Assembly: GCF_006345805.1 (NCBI RefSeq)
Contig: NC_043012.1
Span: forward strand, 4,650,001-4,714,000
Source of the DNA: Octopus sinensis
Taxonomy: Eukaryota
DNA: 64,000 bases
Direction of reading: 5' to 3'
In this document: in pieces, positions 25,738-40,139 of the stretch
Position numbering within the stretch: position 1 is the stretch's first letter
Layout of the letters: every line of letters begins with the position of its first letter
Translations under genes and position numbers: made by a program
The notes under the pieces: model-generated
Databases searched by the model: none
Told to the model about the DNA's origin: nothing
What the model saw: only the letters and a program-made list of their open reading frames with translations

Positions 25738-26264
25738 ATAAGTGGAGAATCCAAAAACGAAGGCCCTTGCGGCTCACATACACAAAACCGGAGTGGCAAA
25801 TATACGAATTCAGTCACTTACCGTTAATAGCGAACATATGTTTCTGGATCGTAAAGTAGAAATCAGTTTGAATTCCGTCATCGGCCCTTTATTTCATAAG
25901 TTTAATAAATGCCACTAGCCCTCACTTTCTGACCCAGCGACATCAGATAGTGGGGGGAGAGAGCAGATGTTAAAACTAAGTGGCGACTGGGAACGTAAAT
26001 TTTCCATCCAAAATTCTGCCATGCGCGCTTTCTGGGTAATCGTAATGGAATGAGGAATCCACATGGTAATTCAATAAAGCATTTAGTAGCATTTAGTAAA
26101 GCTATCGAATATAGCGCCGATGACGGAATTCAAACTGATTTCTACGTTTGCGATCCAGAAACATATGTTCGCTATTAACGGTAAGTGACTGAATTCGTAT
26201 ATTTGCCACTCCCGTTTTGTGTATGTGAGCCGTAAGGGCCTTCGTTTTTGGATTCTCCACTTAT
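25738..26264. repeat. Inverted repeat with about 148-bp arms and a 230-bp spacer (pLTR-like)
   Basis: Arms 25738-25885 and 26116-26264; both translate to the same peptide in the ORF track. Confidence 0.9.
26111..26175 (+). ncRNA. Hammerhead motif (U4C core); inverted copy at 25827-25890
   Basis: ATAGCG CCGATGA C GGA...TCC A GAAA CATATG TT CGCTAT: 6-bp stem I and palindromic stem III. Confidence 0.75.
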
Positions 26265-26476
26265 AGAAATTGGAAAAACGGTCTTTGACTGCCATTTCTA
26301 ATTCCTTCGGTATGAGGTGAAACAGCCTGCTGTTAACCTTCTTATTTTTTCTTTACTATATACTGAACCTTACAAAGGTCCTGACAATTAATTTGTCGTA
26401 TTTACATACCGAAATTTACCGGTAAATAATTGTGTTTACATGATAAACCACAGGAAATTTATTTACCATTTTATTG

Positions 26477-26524
<48 letters not shown>

Positions 26525-26635
26525 AAGATCAGTGAAAAAAGAACATATTTTATATATATATATTTAGATATGTGAATATATATATATATGTGCGTGTATG
26601 TATGTATATATATATCAATATGTATATTATATATA

Positions 26636-26713
<78 letters not shown>

Positions 26714-26760
26714 ATATTATATATATATATTATATATATATATACCCAATAATATATTAT

Positions 26761-26830
<70 letters not shown>

Positions 26831-27284
26831 ACAAGCACATATGAATACCACACACACCACACATACACACACAGATCGAATATGCATATTGTAATGGAAT
26901 ACGTACTCATATCGTTTGATAAATGTAATTCCAGTTTCGCTTTATCCCACTTTCCTTGTAGTTTTTTGGCTGTACCATTGTTGTTGTAGTTGCTGTCGTC
27001 GGGTAATACACTCCTGCTTGTTAGTAAATGATTATATTAGGTTTCAGTACACAGATATATGTATAGACAGATATGCATATATATATATAAATATATATAT
27101 GTATATATATATATTTAAATAGGTATATATACGACATATCTCGTTCCTTTCTCTATTTCACTCTCTCCCTCTGTCTGTCTGTCTAGTTTATTTGTCAGTC
27201 AGTCTGCAGTCTGTCGTGTGTCTCTTCGCTGTCTGTCTGTCTGTCACTCTGTCTGTCTGTCTGTCAGATAATCTGTTGACTGTT

Positions 27285-27423
27285 CATCTTCTTCGTCTTC
27301 TCACTTCCACCTCATTGTCTTCTTCTTCTCTTCTTCTCCTTCTTCCTTCTTTCTTCTTTTCTCTTCTTCTTTTCTTCTTTCTTCTTTCTCGTTTCTTCTT
27401 CTTTTCTTCGTTCTTCTTCTTCC

Positions 27424-27466
<43 letters not shown>

Positions 27467-27530
27467 TCTTCTTCTTCTTCTTCTTCTTCTTCTTCTTCTT
27501 CTTCTTTTCTTCTTCTTCTCTATCTTCTTC
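27285..27530. repeat. (CTT)n polypyrimidine microsatellite
   Basis: Directly visible; a similar (GAA)n tract lies at 57785-58070. Confidence 0.95.
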
Positions 27531-27784
27531 GTCAGCTCCCCCCTTTTTACAGCTACACGCAAAATACATTTCTGCATTTATTCTCCATGTGAACCCTAAG
27601 GGAAAAAAACGACACCCCGCGACAAACATATGCACAGACAATCCTCCCCTATGTGCGCGTGAGGGCGTGTATATATATATATACATATGTATAAAGGCTT
27701 ATATACATATATATTGTATATGTATGTATGTGCGTATGTATGTATGTATGTATGTATGTATCTATCTGTCTGTCTATTTTCCTG

Positions 27785-27976
<192 letters not shown>

Positions 27977-28000
27977 ACTGCCATTCTCAATATATGTAGA

Positions 28001-28620
28001 CAGAGTATTCGGGCTAAATGTGACAATTAGCATAAGAGGAAAAAAATCAATATCCCATTAAGAAAAAAGTATTTTAATATAATTAAAAAAAATATCAACA
28101 GTTTACTCTAAGTAGCTGCTCATAGCTTGCACCTCGGCCTCAAGACTGTTGTGAAACCTGGTGCATGCCTTCCTCAATGTGATTCCTGGAAGATCTTCGA
28201 ACACCTTTTTGATCCTGGCACCAGCACGTCCTTGGTGTTGCAGGTAGAGCGGTTGATGCACCCCACTCATAGAAATCCATGGGGTTACAATCAAGGGAAC
28301 TAGGAGGCCAGAAATTGGGGCTGGTTGAGTCATAGAAATTCTCTAGCAGCCACTTCTGACTCTTTCCAGTGACATGGAAAACTGCAGCCGGACTCTTTCA
28401 CTATACATATGATCTTCAATTAGGAAAACCTCTCTAGCCAGGGTTTGACCACACTCACTAGCAGCTTCAAATAACCTAAGGCTCTGTTCAAAGATATGGG
28501 ACGGCATGGCATCACTGTCATAGGAGATAAATATTGAGAGCAACACAGTTTAGTTGAACTTGGGATTCATGTTGTCCATGTCTGATCTTACAGTCTTCAC
28601 AGTGTCCACATAAAACATTG
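28001..28620 (-). mobile_element. Tc1/mariner superfamily transposase remnant
   Basis: Minus strand encodes PNFWPPSSLDCNPMDFY (WPxxSPDxNP motif) and RKACTRFHNSLEAEVQAMSSYLE*. Confidence 0.75.
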
Positions 28621-28694
28621 ATTAGCAGTTATGATGTAGGCATTTTGTTACCCAGTGCGTAATCATCATAATACGGGTAATACTTTTTCAGTAC

Positions 28695-28843
28695 CTAGAT
28701 AGCTTCCGGCCCTTCATGTCAGACAGCTTTTTCTTGTTTTCATCTTTAATCGTTATGCACTCCAACGTCGCTGATTGTTCGCCAGTGAATGAAACAGTTC
28801 CAGAAATAAGGAGCCAAAAATCGTCGAATTTAGTCTGAGCATC
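28695..28843 (-). CDS. Candidate internal exon (DAQTKFDDFWLLISGTVSF...GRKLS)
   Basis: Non-repetitive open frame bounded by cag| and |gtactg; weak splice signals and no recognised homology. Confidence 0.15.
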
Positions 28844-29045
28844 CTGTGTATATATCTTTGTGTGAAACAGGATGGCCATGGATGAAACACTTGTTTTAAT
28901 CATAGGCCTACTTGATATGAGCTAACTTGGGGATTAAATAACAGCAAGATATTCCAGTCATTATAAAAACCTTCCTAACTCATCTCCTACAACCTATGAC
29001 CAATTATGAACAATATCGTTGTTACAGAGACATATTTACAATATG

Positions 29046-29099
<54 letters not shown>

Positions 29100-29119
29100 C
29101 ACTATTGCTACTACTACTG

Positions 29120-29151
<32 letters not shown>

Positions 29152-29279
29152 ACCACCGCGATCATAAGCAATGCTAGGGGCCTTTACTATCGCCTGCAGT
29201 CAAATCTCAACTTCTAACACTGGCTCGCACCTATGTTAGAAAAAATGTCTCGGATCTTTACGTTCTGAGTTCATCTCTC

Positions 29280-29520
29280 TTAATCCTTTTTGCCCCTTGT
29301 GGAGCATCGGGCCTCAACAGTTGTTTTCCACTTTTTGCAGTCATTGGCGTGTTTCTTGGCTGCTTCCCATGTCAGGCCAGTGGTCCTGAGTTCATCCAAA
29401 ACGCTCCGCTTCCGTGTATGCTTCGGACGTCCTCGCTCCCATTTCCGTTGCGGATTCCAGTCAATGGATCGGACACACACTGCGGAAAGAACCCTCAAAT
29501 GTTCTCTGTTCATAGCCAAC
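29280..29520 (-). mobile_element. RTE-clade LINE 3' end inserted into a family A SINE
   Basis: WNPQRKWERGRPKHTRKRSV...TWEAAKKHANDCKKWK C-terminus; SINE halves on either side (ttacgttctgagttca before, aagtacggggtcgat after). Confidence 0.8.
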
Positions 29521-29689
29521 TGAAATCAACTTATCTATCTTCTTCCCGGGGCGATAACATAAAGAACAAGTCAAGTACGGGGTCGATATAATTGGTTCCA
29601 GCCTATAATTCATTTTCGTCTGCCGATGAAAATTTGACTGAAGGGGAACGTGTCTTTCTTCAATTCTTTTAGCCTTGTCCACCTCACAA

Positions 29690-31720
29690 CCTCTTTTGCC
29701 GTAACAACTGGACAGAGAAACACCGCCGTCTCTGCCTTGTTAATAGTGAGTGGTGAATTGATTATCGCGATGGATTCGGTCAATAGTCGGATTCATCCCA
29801 GCAGTGTGTCTTGTTAGCCCCTCGGTAGTACCGGTTCCGAAAGTCCTCCAAAATAAACTGGCTAGTTCATCCTGGTCGGCGCCTAGAGTTTCCCCGGGAA
29901 TGTCATCATTCTTATCCACAACTATTAATAGATTTCTATACATTGCTACTGTAGAACTTCCCCCGATCGTATTACCCGACTTGTAGAGGGCAGCGAGCAC
30001 CTGACGACATTCCAAATGCCAGGTTGTTTTTTTTTTATCCAGGATTGTAGCTCTGTTAAAGGGATAAGGTTCAGAAAGGCATCTTACAAACAGAGACCAC
30101 AACCGGTTCATCATCCAGGAAAATCTGTGAGTGACACAGCCGCAGCGTGTATCTGTGCATTAGCAGCCACGCCGTGTCACACCTGACATCCAGAGGGTGC
30201 TTGTAAGAGATGGATCGCTTCACCTGTGGAACGCATCCCTTCCACAGGAACGTGGGAAAATATACGCTCTAATTTCGCCAAACGTGGATTGGGCCAAGGT
30301 ACAACGGTCAGGCGATGTGATTATTCGCCACCTCTGATCGACTTTTCTGAGATAATTTCCTCTCGAGCCATTTCTGAGTGACACCAGCCATCCTGCTTGC
30401 AACCTCATCCCACTAATTGTCCACCCGATGGTCTGAACCAAACCAAACACTGAACAATTTCACCGGTCCATCTGTCCATCTGTTCGTTGGCATAGACCTA
30501 CCTTTCCAGTTGGCGAGCCTCAAGCTTATCGACTTGTTCAGGTTTGTCTTAGCCGCTGCCCCTTCGGATTCCTTTAAAATGGATTCGACTACCATGATGT
30601 CATCCGACACAGACCTCTCGCACACCAGTTTGAAAGAAATGCCTCTCAAGAGTTCTAGCTTTCTCAGCAAATGCTTGAGCGCCAGGACGCATAGAAGGGA
30701 CGAAAGAGGATACATCTGATAGAGATATGAAACGGTTTCGAGATATTGGTCATTTACTATTACCACCTAGTAAATTCCAGTGTGTGCTGCTGCGATCCAG
30801 CCACTGAAGCCGGTTGCATTTGGGACTGTTGCCAAATAGCAGTGGTTGACTCTGTCGAAGGCTTTTGACTGATCGACATTGATCAGAGCCCCACCGATGC
30901 CAGATCTCCTACTCATTCCCTCTATGATGTCCCGCATAAGATGGAGGCTTTGTAGATTGATATATTAGGGATCGCACAAGTTTGAGCTTCTTCGACCAAA
31001 CCATCTACAAGCACCAACCTCTTTACTAAAACTTGACCTAAATTTGAAACTCTGAATCTAACAGGGTTACGGGCTGGAAATTCTCTATAGAATTCTCGGT
31101 ATTGGCGTCCTTTCTCAGCAAACTCAACACAACTTTACCCACAGATCTGGGAATTCTCGTGTTTTGCTGCCAGTTGTGACAGACTTTTTCCAAGAGGTTA
31201 CTAAAAGAACTCTGGCATATAACCATGAAACTGATAGACAAAACCACCCGAACCGAGCAATTTGTTCCTTACGCAACCACACAATACTTCTCGTATCTCA
31301 GTTGCTGTTATTGGCCTTTCACAGGACCTAGCATCTTACTCTGAGAGTCTCGTTAGGACGACGAGGTAGGTACTAATTCTCTGTGACCTATTGCTTTCTC
31401 TGAAAACATGCGTAAATTGCTGCTGGGAGGCTGCACACATTTGCTAGGAACCGAGCAGTACGCGCCTATTCTGATCTACCAAGAACTGAATTGCGGCTTT
31501 GTTGCTACGTCGTGTCTCTACCACCCGAGCCTGTCGAACGGCTTTCGTTCCTTCTTATTTTAGCACACATACTCTATTCCTAACAACGCAGCCTTCGCGT
31601 TTCGCATTGAAGAAATAGTCGAGGGTCATTTTTGCCGCGCGCACATTGGTCGCGATGCCATTTCTAATTGCCTCTTCTAGTTTACTAACTAGATCTTTAA
31701 TCTATTTCTCTTTATCACTT
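29690..31720 (-). mobile_element. Decayed L1/Tx1-like LINE ORF2
   Basis: LLRKD...IENFQPVTLLDSEFQI, GALINVDQSKAFDRVNH, LSSLLCVLALKHLLRKL and AKTNLNKSISL RT remnants with many stops. Confidence 0.8.
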
Positions 31721-31771
31721 GTTCTTTTCTAAATGTTAAATGCTATTTAATTGCTCTCTTCTGGGTTCTCC

Positions 31772-31834
<63 letters not shown>

Positions 31835-31836
31835 TA

Positions 31837-32135
31837 TATATTTGGCAACTAAATGTGGCGATCTCATAGAGGACGATGCTACTGTTGTTTTTAGTCCCAG
31901 GAAGACATCTTCACACTGTGCCCGATTAGTGTTTGCGAGGGGAGGTCATCGCTCCCATCTCTAGCCTTACGTGATACACACAGACCCTAGTTTCTGGGTA
32001 GTTACCCGTCTTCAGTGTGTGATAATCACCAGCTAGTGATAAAAACTCATTCCACTCGCAAAATACTGTCTGCTTTTTCTAGCGACAAACTGCCGCTGAC
32101 CTCTATAGGGCCGCCAAATTTAGTTGGCAAATATA
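31837..32135. mobile_element. Small element with about 24-bp terminal inverted repeats (MITE-like)
   Basis: tatatttggcaactaaatgtggcg ... cgccaaatttagttggcaaatata. Confidence 0.55.
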
Positions 32136-32214
32136 TTTTACGATACCGTACTGTTCCTGTTTACCACTCGCTCAGAGATTTGATATAGCTAATAATAATA
32201 ATAATAGTAGTAGC

Positions 32215-33386
32215 CCTGATGCAGTACCAGGAAGTGGCTCTCATGCCTTTTGATTTTAACTGATTGAAAGTATTATCGTGTGCATTGTTTTGTCTTGGTA
32301 TAAATGATGGGCTACAGCAAATATTCTGCTCAGTACCACAGATTTGCTTGTCAGTTGTTTGACCTTAACCAGTTCAGTATGTCCCTTGGTGGCTGATGAT
32401 ATGTGCATTTCTGATCAAGAACAGAAGTAGTCGGGGAGCATGGAATTCTTCAGAGTTTGGATAATTCACCTTTGGAAACAAGAGTGTTTCGTTCAATATC
32501 CTTAAACAACCTTTATTCGGGGACCATTTGAGTTGGATGGCCTACTCTACCTGAAGAAAATTCTAACTGGGCCCGACCTGCAAGGTCATGCGCTGTTAAA
32601 CTTGATATGACATCACCATGTCACGTACATATGATTGTGATACATGTGCCTGTTGTACCCTTATCAGACGAGTACTCATGATGGGTATACAGGGCTTCGT
32701 ATATTTTACCCCAGTATCACTGCTCTCTCACTCAATAATAATAATAATGAAGATATAATAATAATAATAATATAATAATAATAATAATACTGATGCAGTA
32801 CCAGGCAGTGGCTCTCATGGCTTCTGATCTTAACTGATTGGAATGTTATCATGTACATTGTTTTGTCTTGGTATAAAGATGGGCTACAGCAAATATTCTG
32901 CTCAATACCACAGATTGCTTGTCAGTTGTTTGACCTTACCAGTTGAGCATGTCCCTTCGTGGCTGACAATATGTGCATCTCTGATCACGAGCAGAAGTAG
33001 TGGGGGAGCATCATAGCCATGTGTTGAGAGGGATTCTTTGGGGTTTGAATAGTTCACCTCTGGAACATGGGTGGTTCTTTCAACATCCTTAAACAACCCT
33101 TATTCAGGGACCGTTTGAGCGGGATGGGCTACTCAATCTGAAGAAAATTCTAACTGGGCCCCACCTGCAAGGTCATGTGCTGTTTTTCTTGATATGAGAT
33201 CACCATGTCGCGCACATATGGTTGTGATGCATGTGCCTGGTGTACCTTTATCAGACGGGTAGTCATGATGGGTATATTGGGCTTCGTATATTTTACCCCA
33301 GTGTCACTTTGATGGCATGCACTGCTCTCTCACTCAATATTAATAATAATGATGATAATATAATAATAATAAATAATAATATGATA

Positions 33387-33446
<60 letters not shown>

Positions 33447-33451
33447 TAATA

Positions 33452-33484
<33 letters not shown>

Positions 33485-34389
33485 GAAGAAGAAGAAGAAG
33501 AAGAATCGTTTCTACTAAAGGCACATGGCTTGAAATTTTGAGGGGAGTGGCCTAGTCGATTACATCGATCCCAGTGTTCAACCTCTGTATATTTGAACTC
33601 GGGAAGTAAAACCGGAAGAAATGCCACTAAGCATTTTGTCCGGAACGGTTACGGTTTTTCTTCTTCTTCTTTCAAATTCCGCAGAGGCCGACTTTCCCTT
33701 TCATCCTTTCGGGATCGATAAATTAAGTAACAGGTAATTGGCTAGTCTGCTCCCACCAAATATTTCAGGCCTTGTCCTACAGCAGAAACGATTATTATTA
33801 TTATTATTATTGTTGTTGTTGTTGTTGTTGTTGTTGAGTGAGAGAGCAGTGCATGACATCAAAGAGACACTGGAGTGAAATATACGAAGCCCAATATACC
33901 CATCATGACTAGCCGTCTGATAAGGGTACACCAGGCACATGTATCACAACCATATGTGCGCGACATGGTGATCTCATATCAAGATAAACAGCACATGTCC
34001 TTGCAGGTGGAGCCCAGTTAGAATTTTCTTCTGGTCGAGTAGCCTATCCCATTCAAATGATCCCTGAACAAGGGTTGTTTAAGGATGTTGAACGAGACAC
34101 CCATGTTTCTAAGGTGAATTATTCAAACTCCAAAGAATTCCCTTCAACACATGACTATGATGCTCCCCCACTACTCCTGCACGTGATGAGAGATGCACAT
34201 ATCGTCAGCCACTAAGGGACATTTCCAACTGGTTATGGTCAAACAACTGACGAGCAAATCTGTGGTATTGAGCAGAATATTTGCTGTAGCCCATCTTTTA
34301 TACCAAGACAAAACAATGTACATGATAACACTTCCAATCAGTTAAGATCAGAAGCCATGAGAGCCATTGCCTGAGACTGCATCAGGGCA
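32215..34389. mobile_element. Three copies of a 530-550 bp repeat embedded in (TAA)n (32215-32733, 32789-33335, inverted 33835-34389)
   Basis: ctgatgcagtaccaggcagtggctctcatg...cactgctctctcactc, each bounded by TAA arrays. Confidence 0.85.
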
Positions 34390-34392
34390 TCT

Positions 34393-34970
34393 TATTATTA
34401 TTATTATTATTATTCTGTTTGACTTTTGCTTTATGTTTGTACAAGTTGGTTCCAAGTCTCACCCAGGGACCTCGAGAGACAACAGGTTGGAAGTTCACGT
34501 TGTTGTTATGCCTAGTGTGCCATATATTTGGGTTTTTTTTTGGTGTTGTACTAGTGAATGTCTAACAAATAAATAAAAAAAAAGTTTGTTTTAAACCTTG
34601 AGATTACATAGAGAGTATTTTGCATAGGATATGAGCAGTTCCCATGAGCACTATCTTTTGAATTTCTGCCATTTTGGGGTTTCCTGGTATCTGAGTTAGG
34701 TAGCAATCAGCCCCTTTCGCTATCATTCCCATGGCACCTATGACAACAGGTATTGTTTTAGTCTTCAGGTTCCACATTTTGCTGATTTCTATTTCAAGAT
34801 CTTTATATTTGCTCAGTTCTTGGTAGGTCTTGACAGATACGTTTATATCGATTGGGACAGTCATATCAATGAGGAGGCATGTTCTTTGTCTGAAGTCTTT
34901 CAATATGATGTCTGGCCTGTTTGCATCTATCTTTCTGTCAGTTTGAATGGTGAAGTTCCAGAAGAGTGAG
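34393..34970 (-). mobile_element. R4/Dong-like non-LTR retrotransposon 3' end (restriction-like endonuclease domain)
   Basis: WNFTIQTDRKIDANRPDIIL...LLIDMTVP...KYKDL...IPVVIGAMG (PD..D..K RLE motif), 3' UTR and (TAA)n on both sides. Confidence 0.88.
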
Positions 34971-35904
34971 ATTATTATTATCATTATTAGTATTATTATT
35001 ATTATTATATTATTATTATTATTATTATTATTATTAGTAGTAGTAGTAGTAGTAGTAGTAATAGTAGTAGTAGTAGTAGTAGTAGCAGCAGTAATTGCAG
35101 TTGTAACAGTAGTACAAGTGTTGCGATTGTTTTCATTATTGAAGTTGTTGTAGTCGGTCATTTGAACACAAACACCAAACAGTATTTAGGGATTGGATCG
35201 TGTGTTGACACGTGATCCCTGCGGCAGGGATTAATACAAAGAGAAAAAAAAAAAGTAATAAAAAGGAAATAGCTGAAATACGTTAAAGAAAGCCTGCAAT
35301 ATGATGACTATGTAAAAAGTAAAAAGGAGAAAAAAACAATAAAAAACATGGTTAATATCAAACCTCCACACAATCATTCGTGCTGCTAGAAGTAACAGCT
35401 AAATTTCCCTCGAACCACAAATTTACTGTTGCTTATATTTCTTGGTCATGGTGCAATCCAGAACGTAACAAGAAAATAAACAGAAGTAAATTTAAGGGAG
35501 AGGGGTAACCGATCACATCGGGTCTAGTAGTTCAGTGGTACTACATTTTAAGGACCACGTAGGGAGGAAAGACGAAGTTGATCTCCGTGAGGTTTGAAAT
35601 CAGAACGCAATAAATACCGCAATGTATTTAGGTAAAGAAAATATGAGCTCCACTAATTAGCTATTATCAATGCACATCACAACACTTCAGACGAAAATAA
35701 TTTTCACACGCCGCGCGCGCACACACACACGTACACACACAAACAACCACACGCATACACGCACATACACACACACATACACGCACAAACACACACACAC
35801 GCACACACGCACAAGCGCACACACATACAAACAGACACGCGCACATACACACGCACGCGCACACATACATACACGCGCTCAAACACACAGGCGCGCGCAC
35901 ATTC

Positions 35905-36190
35905 ATTCGGGGTCGATAAATTAAGTACCAGTTACGCACTGGGGGTCGATATAATCGATTTAATCCGTTTGTCTGTCCTTGTTTGTCCCTTTTGTGTTTA
36001 GCCCCTTGTGGGTAGTAAAGAAATAGGTATTTCGTCTGTCTTATGTTCTGAGTTCAAATTCCACCGAGGTAGACTTTCCCTTTCATCCTTTCGGGGTAGA
36101 TAAATTAAGTATCAGTTCCACACTGCTGTCGATCTAATCGACTGGCTCCTCCCCTAAAATTTCGGGCCTTGTGCCTAGAGTAGAAAAGAA
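35905..36190 (+). mobile_element. SINE family A, 5'-truncated
   Basis: Body and tail match other copies. Confidence 0.85.
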
Positions 36191-38252
36191 TATTTCTCAA
36201 AACCGGATATTTGCTCAGTTTTTACTTGAAAATTATTTTTTTGTAAATGTAATCTGAACCTTCATACCTTCCCAAAAGAAGGCAAAAATTACATTTTAAA
36301 TGTTACACAGGGAAGTTTTCACTTGTATGAATTGAGGCTTTGAATTTGTAGCAACCTTGATTTTAATTCCTGTTAACTATTTTATTCTTTAATTACACAG
36401 CTCTCAACTCAACATATAAATTTACATCTCCTCCAACCAGCCTTCCCACCAGCAAGTTTGAAGAGTTTCAGCGATTCTTTCAACTGCCATAGTAGTTTTT
36501 CTACGACTCTCTTAATATTGCTGTTTATCTGTTTTTAAATATTCCTGATTATAACATTTGGATCTTCGAAGCTATCATCTGTCAATTTCTGTGTTAATTT
36601 TGCCACAAGGTCGGACAAGAGGGACAATAGTCAAACTATTATTTTGGTATTAATCGAAAAAAGTATATAAAAGAAATCACTAAATATGTGGTAAATTTTT
36701 TCTCCATGGTTCCCCAATATGTATATTTTCATTAATCAAGAGATTACTGAAAATGGAAATTCATCAAAACATTTTCCATTATCAATGCATTAGACATTTA
36801 CCATTATTTCCATTGATAAAATATTTGAACTTAATCTTTTTGTTGGTAATTTTATAAGTCGAAATTCTGATCACAAAATTTTTCTAACACTTATATCCTT
36901 GGCAAACATCTCTTCCACCTTGCTAAAAAAAACCTGAATATATTTTCTCAGATATTACTTAAACCTTTGTAATATCATAATTAGGCTATCCACTACAACG
37001 CTAGCTTAACTTATGGCTGCTTTATAATCAGCGGGTTTACGCTGTTGATTAGGGAAGGATGTCGCGTACGTCATCTCTTAGGAGCAGTAAGAAAATCTGG
37101 AACAGATTGTCAAGAGACATTTCCCATATATCAACAAGATTTAAAGATGTATATACTTTCTTATTTAGTCTACAATGAGACTTTGTAGTATTTACATTAA
37201 CTGAGATAATTCAAATATGCCCTACGTTGTGCAAACGACTTCGAATCTTGCAAAATCAAAAATTCTTCCTAGCCAGGATTTTTTCATAAAAAAAAACGAA
37301 CAAAAAAAAAGCAATTCCTCCTCTTTTGGATCCTTTGATCACCGTACTTCTTAAAGAATAGAGGACAAAGCTGACAAAGTTGAAAGACCTGGAGAGAGAG
37401 AAAGACTCCGTTAGGGCTCAAAAGAGAAAATGCTCAAGATTCGTCCTATGTCATGACGGTGTTTCCTACGACTCCGTCAGTAAAGGGGGTTCAAAACAAA
37501 ACTAAGCCATACTTCCCTCGTGGGACCAATCCTAAGCCTGTGTAGATCTGTGTCATTGTAATTCGCATGAACGTGTAATGAAATGCTTTAGAAAACGAGA
37601 AATTCTCTGTGCAGCCGCTTGACCTACTAGAAATAACAGCCCAAATCCCTCGTCAGGCCGATTTTATAAAGAGAGGAAAGAAACATATAGGAATCAAAAC
37701 TGCATTGGAGTTAAACTACAACAATCACAACAGGAACAATAGCAGCAGCAACATTAGTAGCAACTACAACAACAATAGCAGCAACATGAATATTTGGTAG
37801 TAACCATTTTCGGTTGACCCCGATTGACTACTCTTCCTCTCTCTCTCTCTCTCTCCCTCGCGCTTCCTACTTGTTTCATTATGTATGGAAACCTATACAA
37901 CCATATCAAGCGCACATAATAATGATAATGATGACGATAGTAACAATAACAACAACAACAATAACGATAGCATCAACAACAGCAACAATTGCAACAACAA
38001 CAGCCTAATCTATTTGACACTTGTTCCCATTTCTCAATACATCCACCAACCCTACCACAAAATCTACGTGCCAATGTTATCAACAGAACACTGACTCTTT
38101 GTAACATGTATTTTGCCCTAATGTGACCACCACGCATAACATACTCGCTGTATGAAAGCTCGTATGAAAGTGTTCCCTGACCTGATAAGAGGTGTGAGTG
38201 TGAAATAATTCAAATGTTGAGTACTTACTTTTCTTGCAAAAAAGAATATATT

Positions 38253-38720
38253 TCAATTCAATTCAATTGAATTCAATTCGGTTTTTATTTCTCAAAAAGC
38301 AAAAGCAAGGCCATGTAGGGAGACAGGGAGTTATGTACAGGGAGGGTGTTCATGCAAAGAGTTCAGGCCATTTCTGGTCAAGAGAGACTTTGAACAGAGC
38401 GGTCGTCGGTATCTTCACTATCTCGTCCGGCAGCTTATTCCACGGATCCGCATCCCGGACGGAGAAAGCCCCTCTCCTTCGATTGAGATGAAATCGTCGT
38501 AGATAGAGTTCTTCGGAGTGACCCTGCAGCCTACGCTCCGGAGCAGGAGTGAAGAACAGCTCTTTCGAGAGGTTACATTTTCCGCTTATGATGTTATGAG
38601 CGAGAATGAGATCACCAAGGCGTCGTCGTTTTTCGAGAGAATAAAGGTTGAGCGTCTTCAGCCTTTCTTTATAAGACCAAGAACCATGCGGGTAGCCAGC
38701 TTCTGGACTCTATATAAATG
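38253..38720 (-). mobile_element. CR1/L2-type LINE 3' end
   Basis: Minus strand YKERLKTLNLYSLEKRRRLGDLILAHNII...RGAFSVRDADPWNKLP, followed by an (ATTGA)n tail. Confidence 0.85.
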
Positions 38721-38876
38721 TGTTGTTACCCTTGGTCACAAAATTGCCTACGAGAAGGGCTGCATATTTCCCCCACCACATTTATCGTCTCTCAGTCCTT
38801 CACATTTGCAATTTCACTCCTTATAGAACATAAGCCGTTGACGACTTTTCTTCACTGCTCTTGACACTGAGTTATA

Positions 38877-39394
38877 CAGAGTGTTCAAAATGTCTCACAG
38901 CATTGAATTTTTTTCATCCTGTTTTTCATCAAAACATGTGTAGAAGATTCTTTATGTGAGTTTGTGGGTTGAAGCATATTCTGTTGTTTCTGGGGAGAGT
39001 CATTCTCTTTTAGTGCCTTATAATTTAACACACTCACCGGTAACTTTCCACTTATTTCTTTTTTATATTTATTTTTTCTTTATATCTTTTTTCTTTTTTA
39101 ATTTTTTAAATTTTTTAATAAAAGATAAAAGAAAATAAAAAATATAAAAGAACTAAGTGAAAATTTTACCGGTGAGTGTGTTAAATTATAAGGCACCAAA
39201 GGAAAATGACTCTCCCCAGACACAACAGAATGTGTAGAATAGTCAACTTATATATTGAAAAGGAAGGACGACACATAAAGTTTATTAAAGTCTTGTATTA
39301 AAGTCTAATATATTCTTTTGTAGTCTTATACCATCTTATAAATATTTATTTTGCAATAAAATACTTATTGCAGAGAGACTTTTCGAACACCCTG
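38877..39394. mobile_element. Tc1-like MITE with nested inverted-repeat element (38982-39229)
   Basis: ta|CAGAGTGTTCAAAATGTCTC ... GAGACTTTTCGAACACCCTG; the nested arms match the 24464 palindrome family. Confidence 0.7.
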
Positions 39395-39627
39395 TGTTTT
39401 TTTGCTTCCTATAATAAGTCCTGTTGGTTTTGAATTGTTATCAACGCTTCAGTATCTTAGATTCTTCTATAAATAGCGGCAGTGAGACTACGCAAAGCCG
39501 TCTGGTAAGATATGGCCCATATTAGTCTTGTCTCAATCCTTTAATCTGTCTAGTATGAGATGCCATATCACTGAAGGCTACATAATGCACTGCAAAATAA
39601 TAATAGACCCTCCAGATAAGAAACAGT

Positions 39628-39659
<32 letters not shown>

Positions 39660-40139
39660 TGTGGAACTCTGTCGGTTACGACGACGAGGGTCCCAGCTGA
39701 TATGATCAACGGAACAGCTTGCTCGTGAAATTAACGTGTAAGTGGCTGAGCACTCCACAGACACGTGTACCCTTAACGTAGTTCTCGGGGGAGATTCAGC
39801 GTGACACAGAGAGTGACAAGGCCGGCCCTTTGAAATACAGGTAAAACAGAAATAGGAAGAAAGATTGAGAGAAAGTTGTGGTGAAAGTGTAGCGCAGGGT
39901 GTCTGTATGTATACACACACACACATACACATACACACTCACACACACACATGTATCTATAGCTATATATATATATATTGTTTTGTCTGGGGAGAGTCAT
40001 TCTCTTTTAGTGCCTTATTATTTAACACACTTACCGGTAAAGTTTCCACTCATTTAATTTTTCCTAAAATTTTCGTTGTGTCTTGCAACCATTTCAATAG
40101 TTGTTGACTCTGTTCGTTACCCGTACATATATATATATA

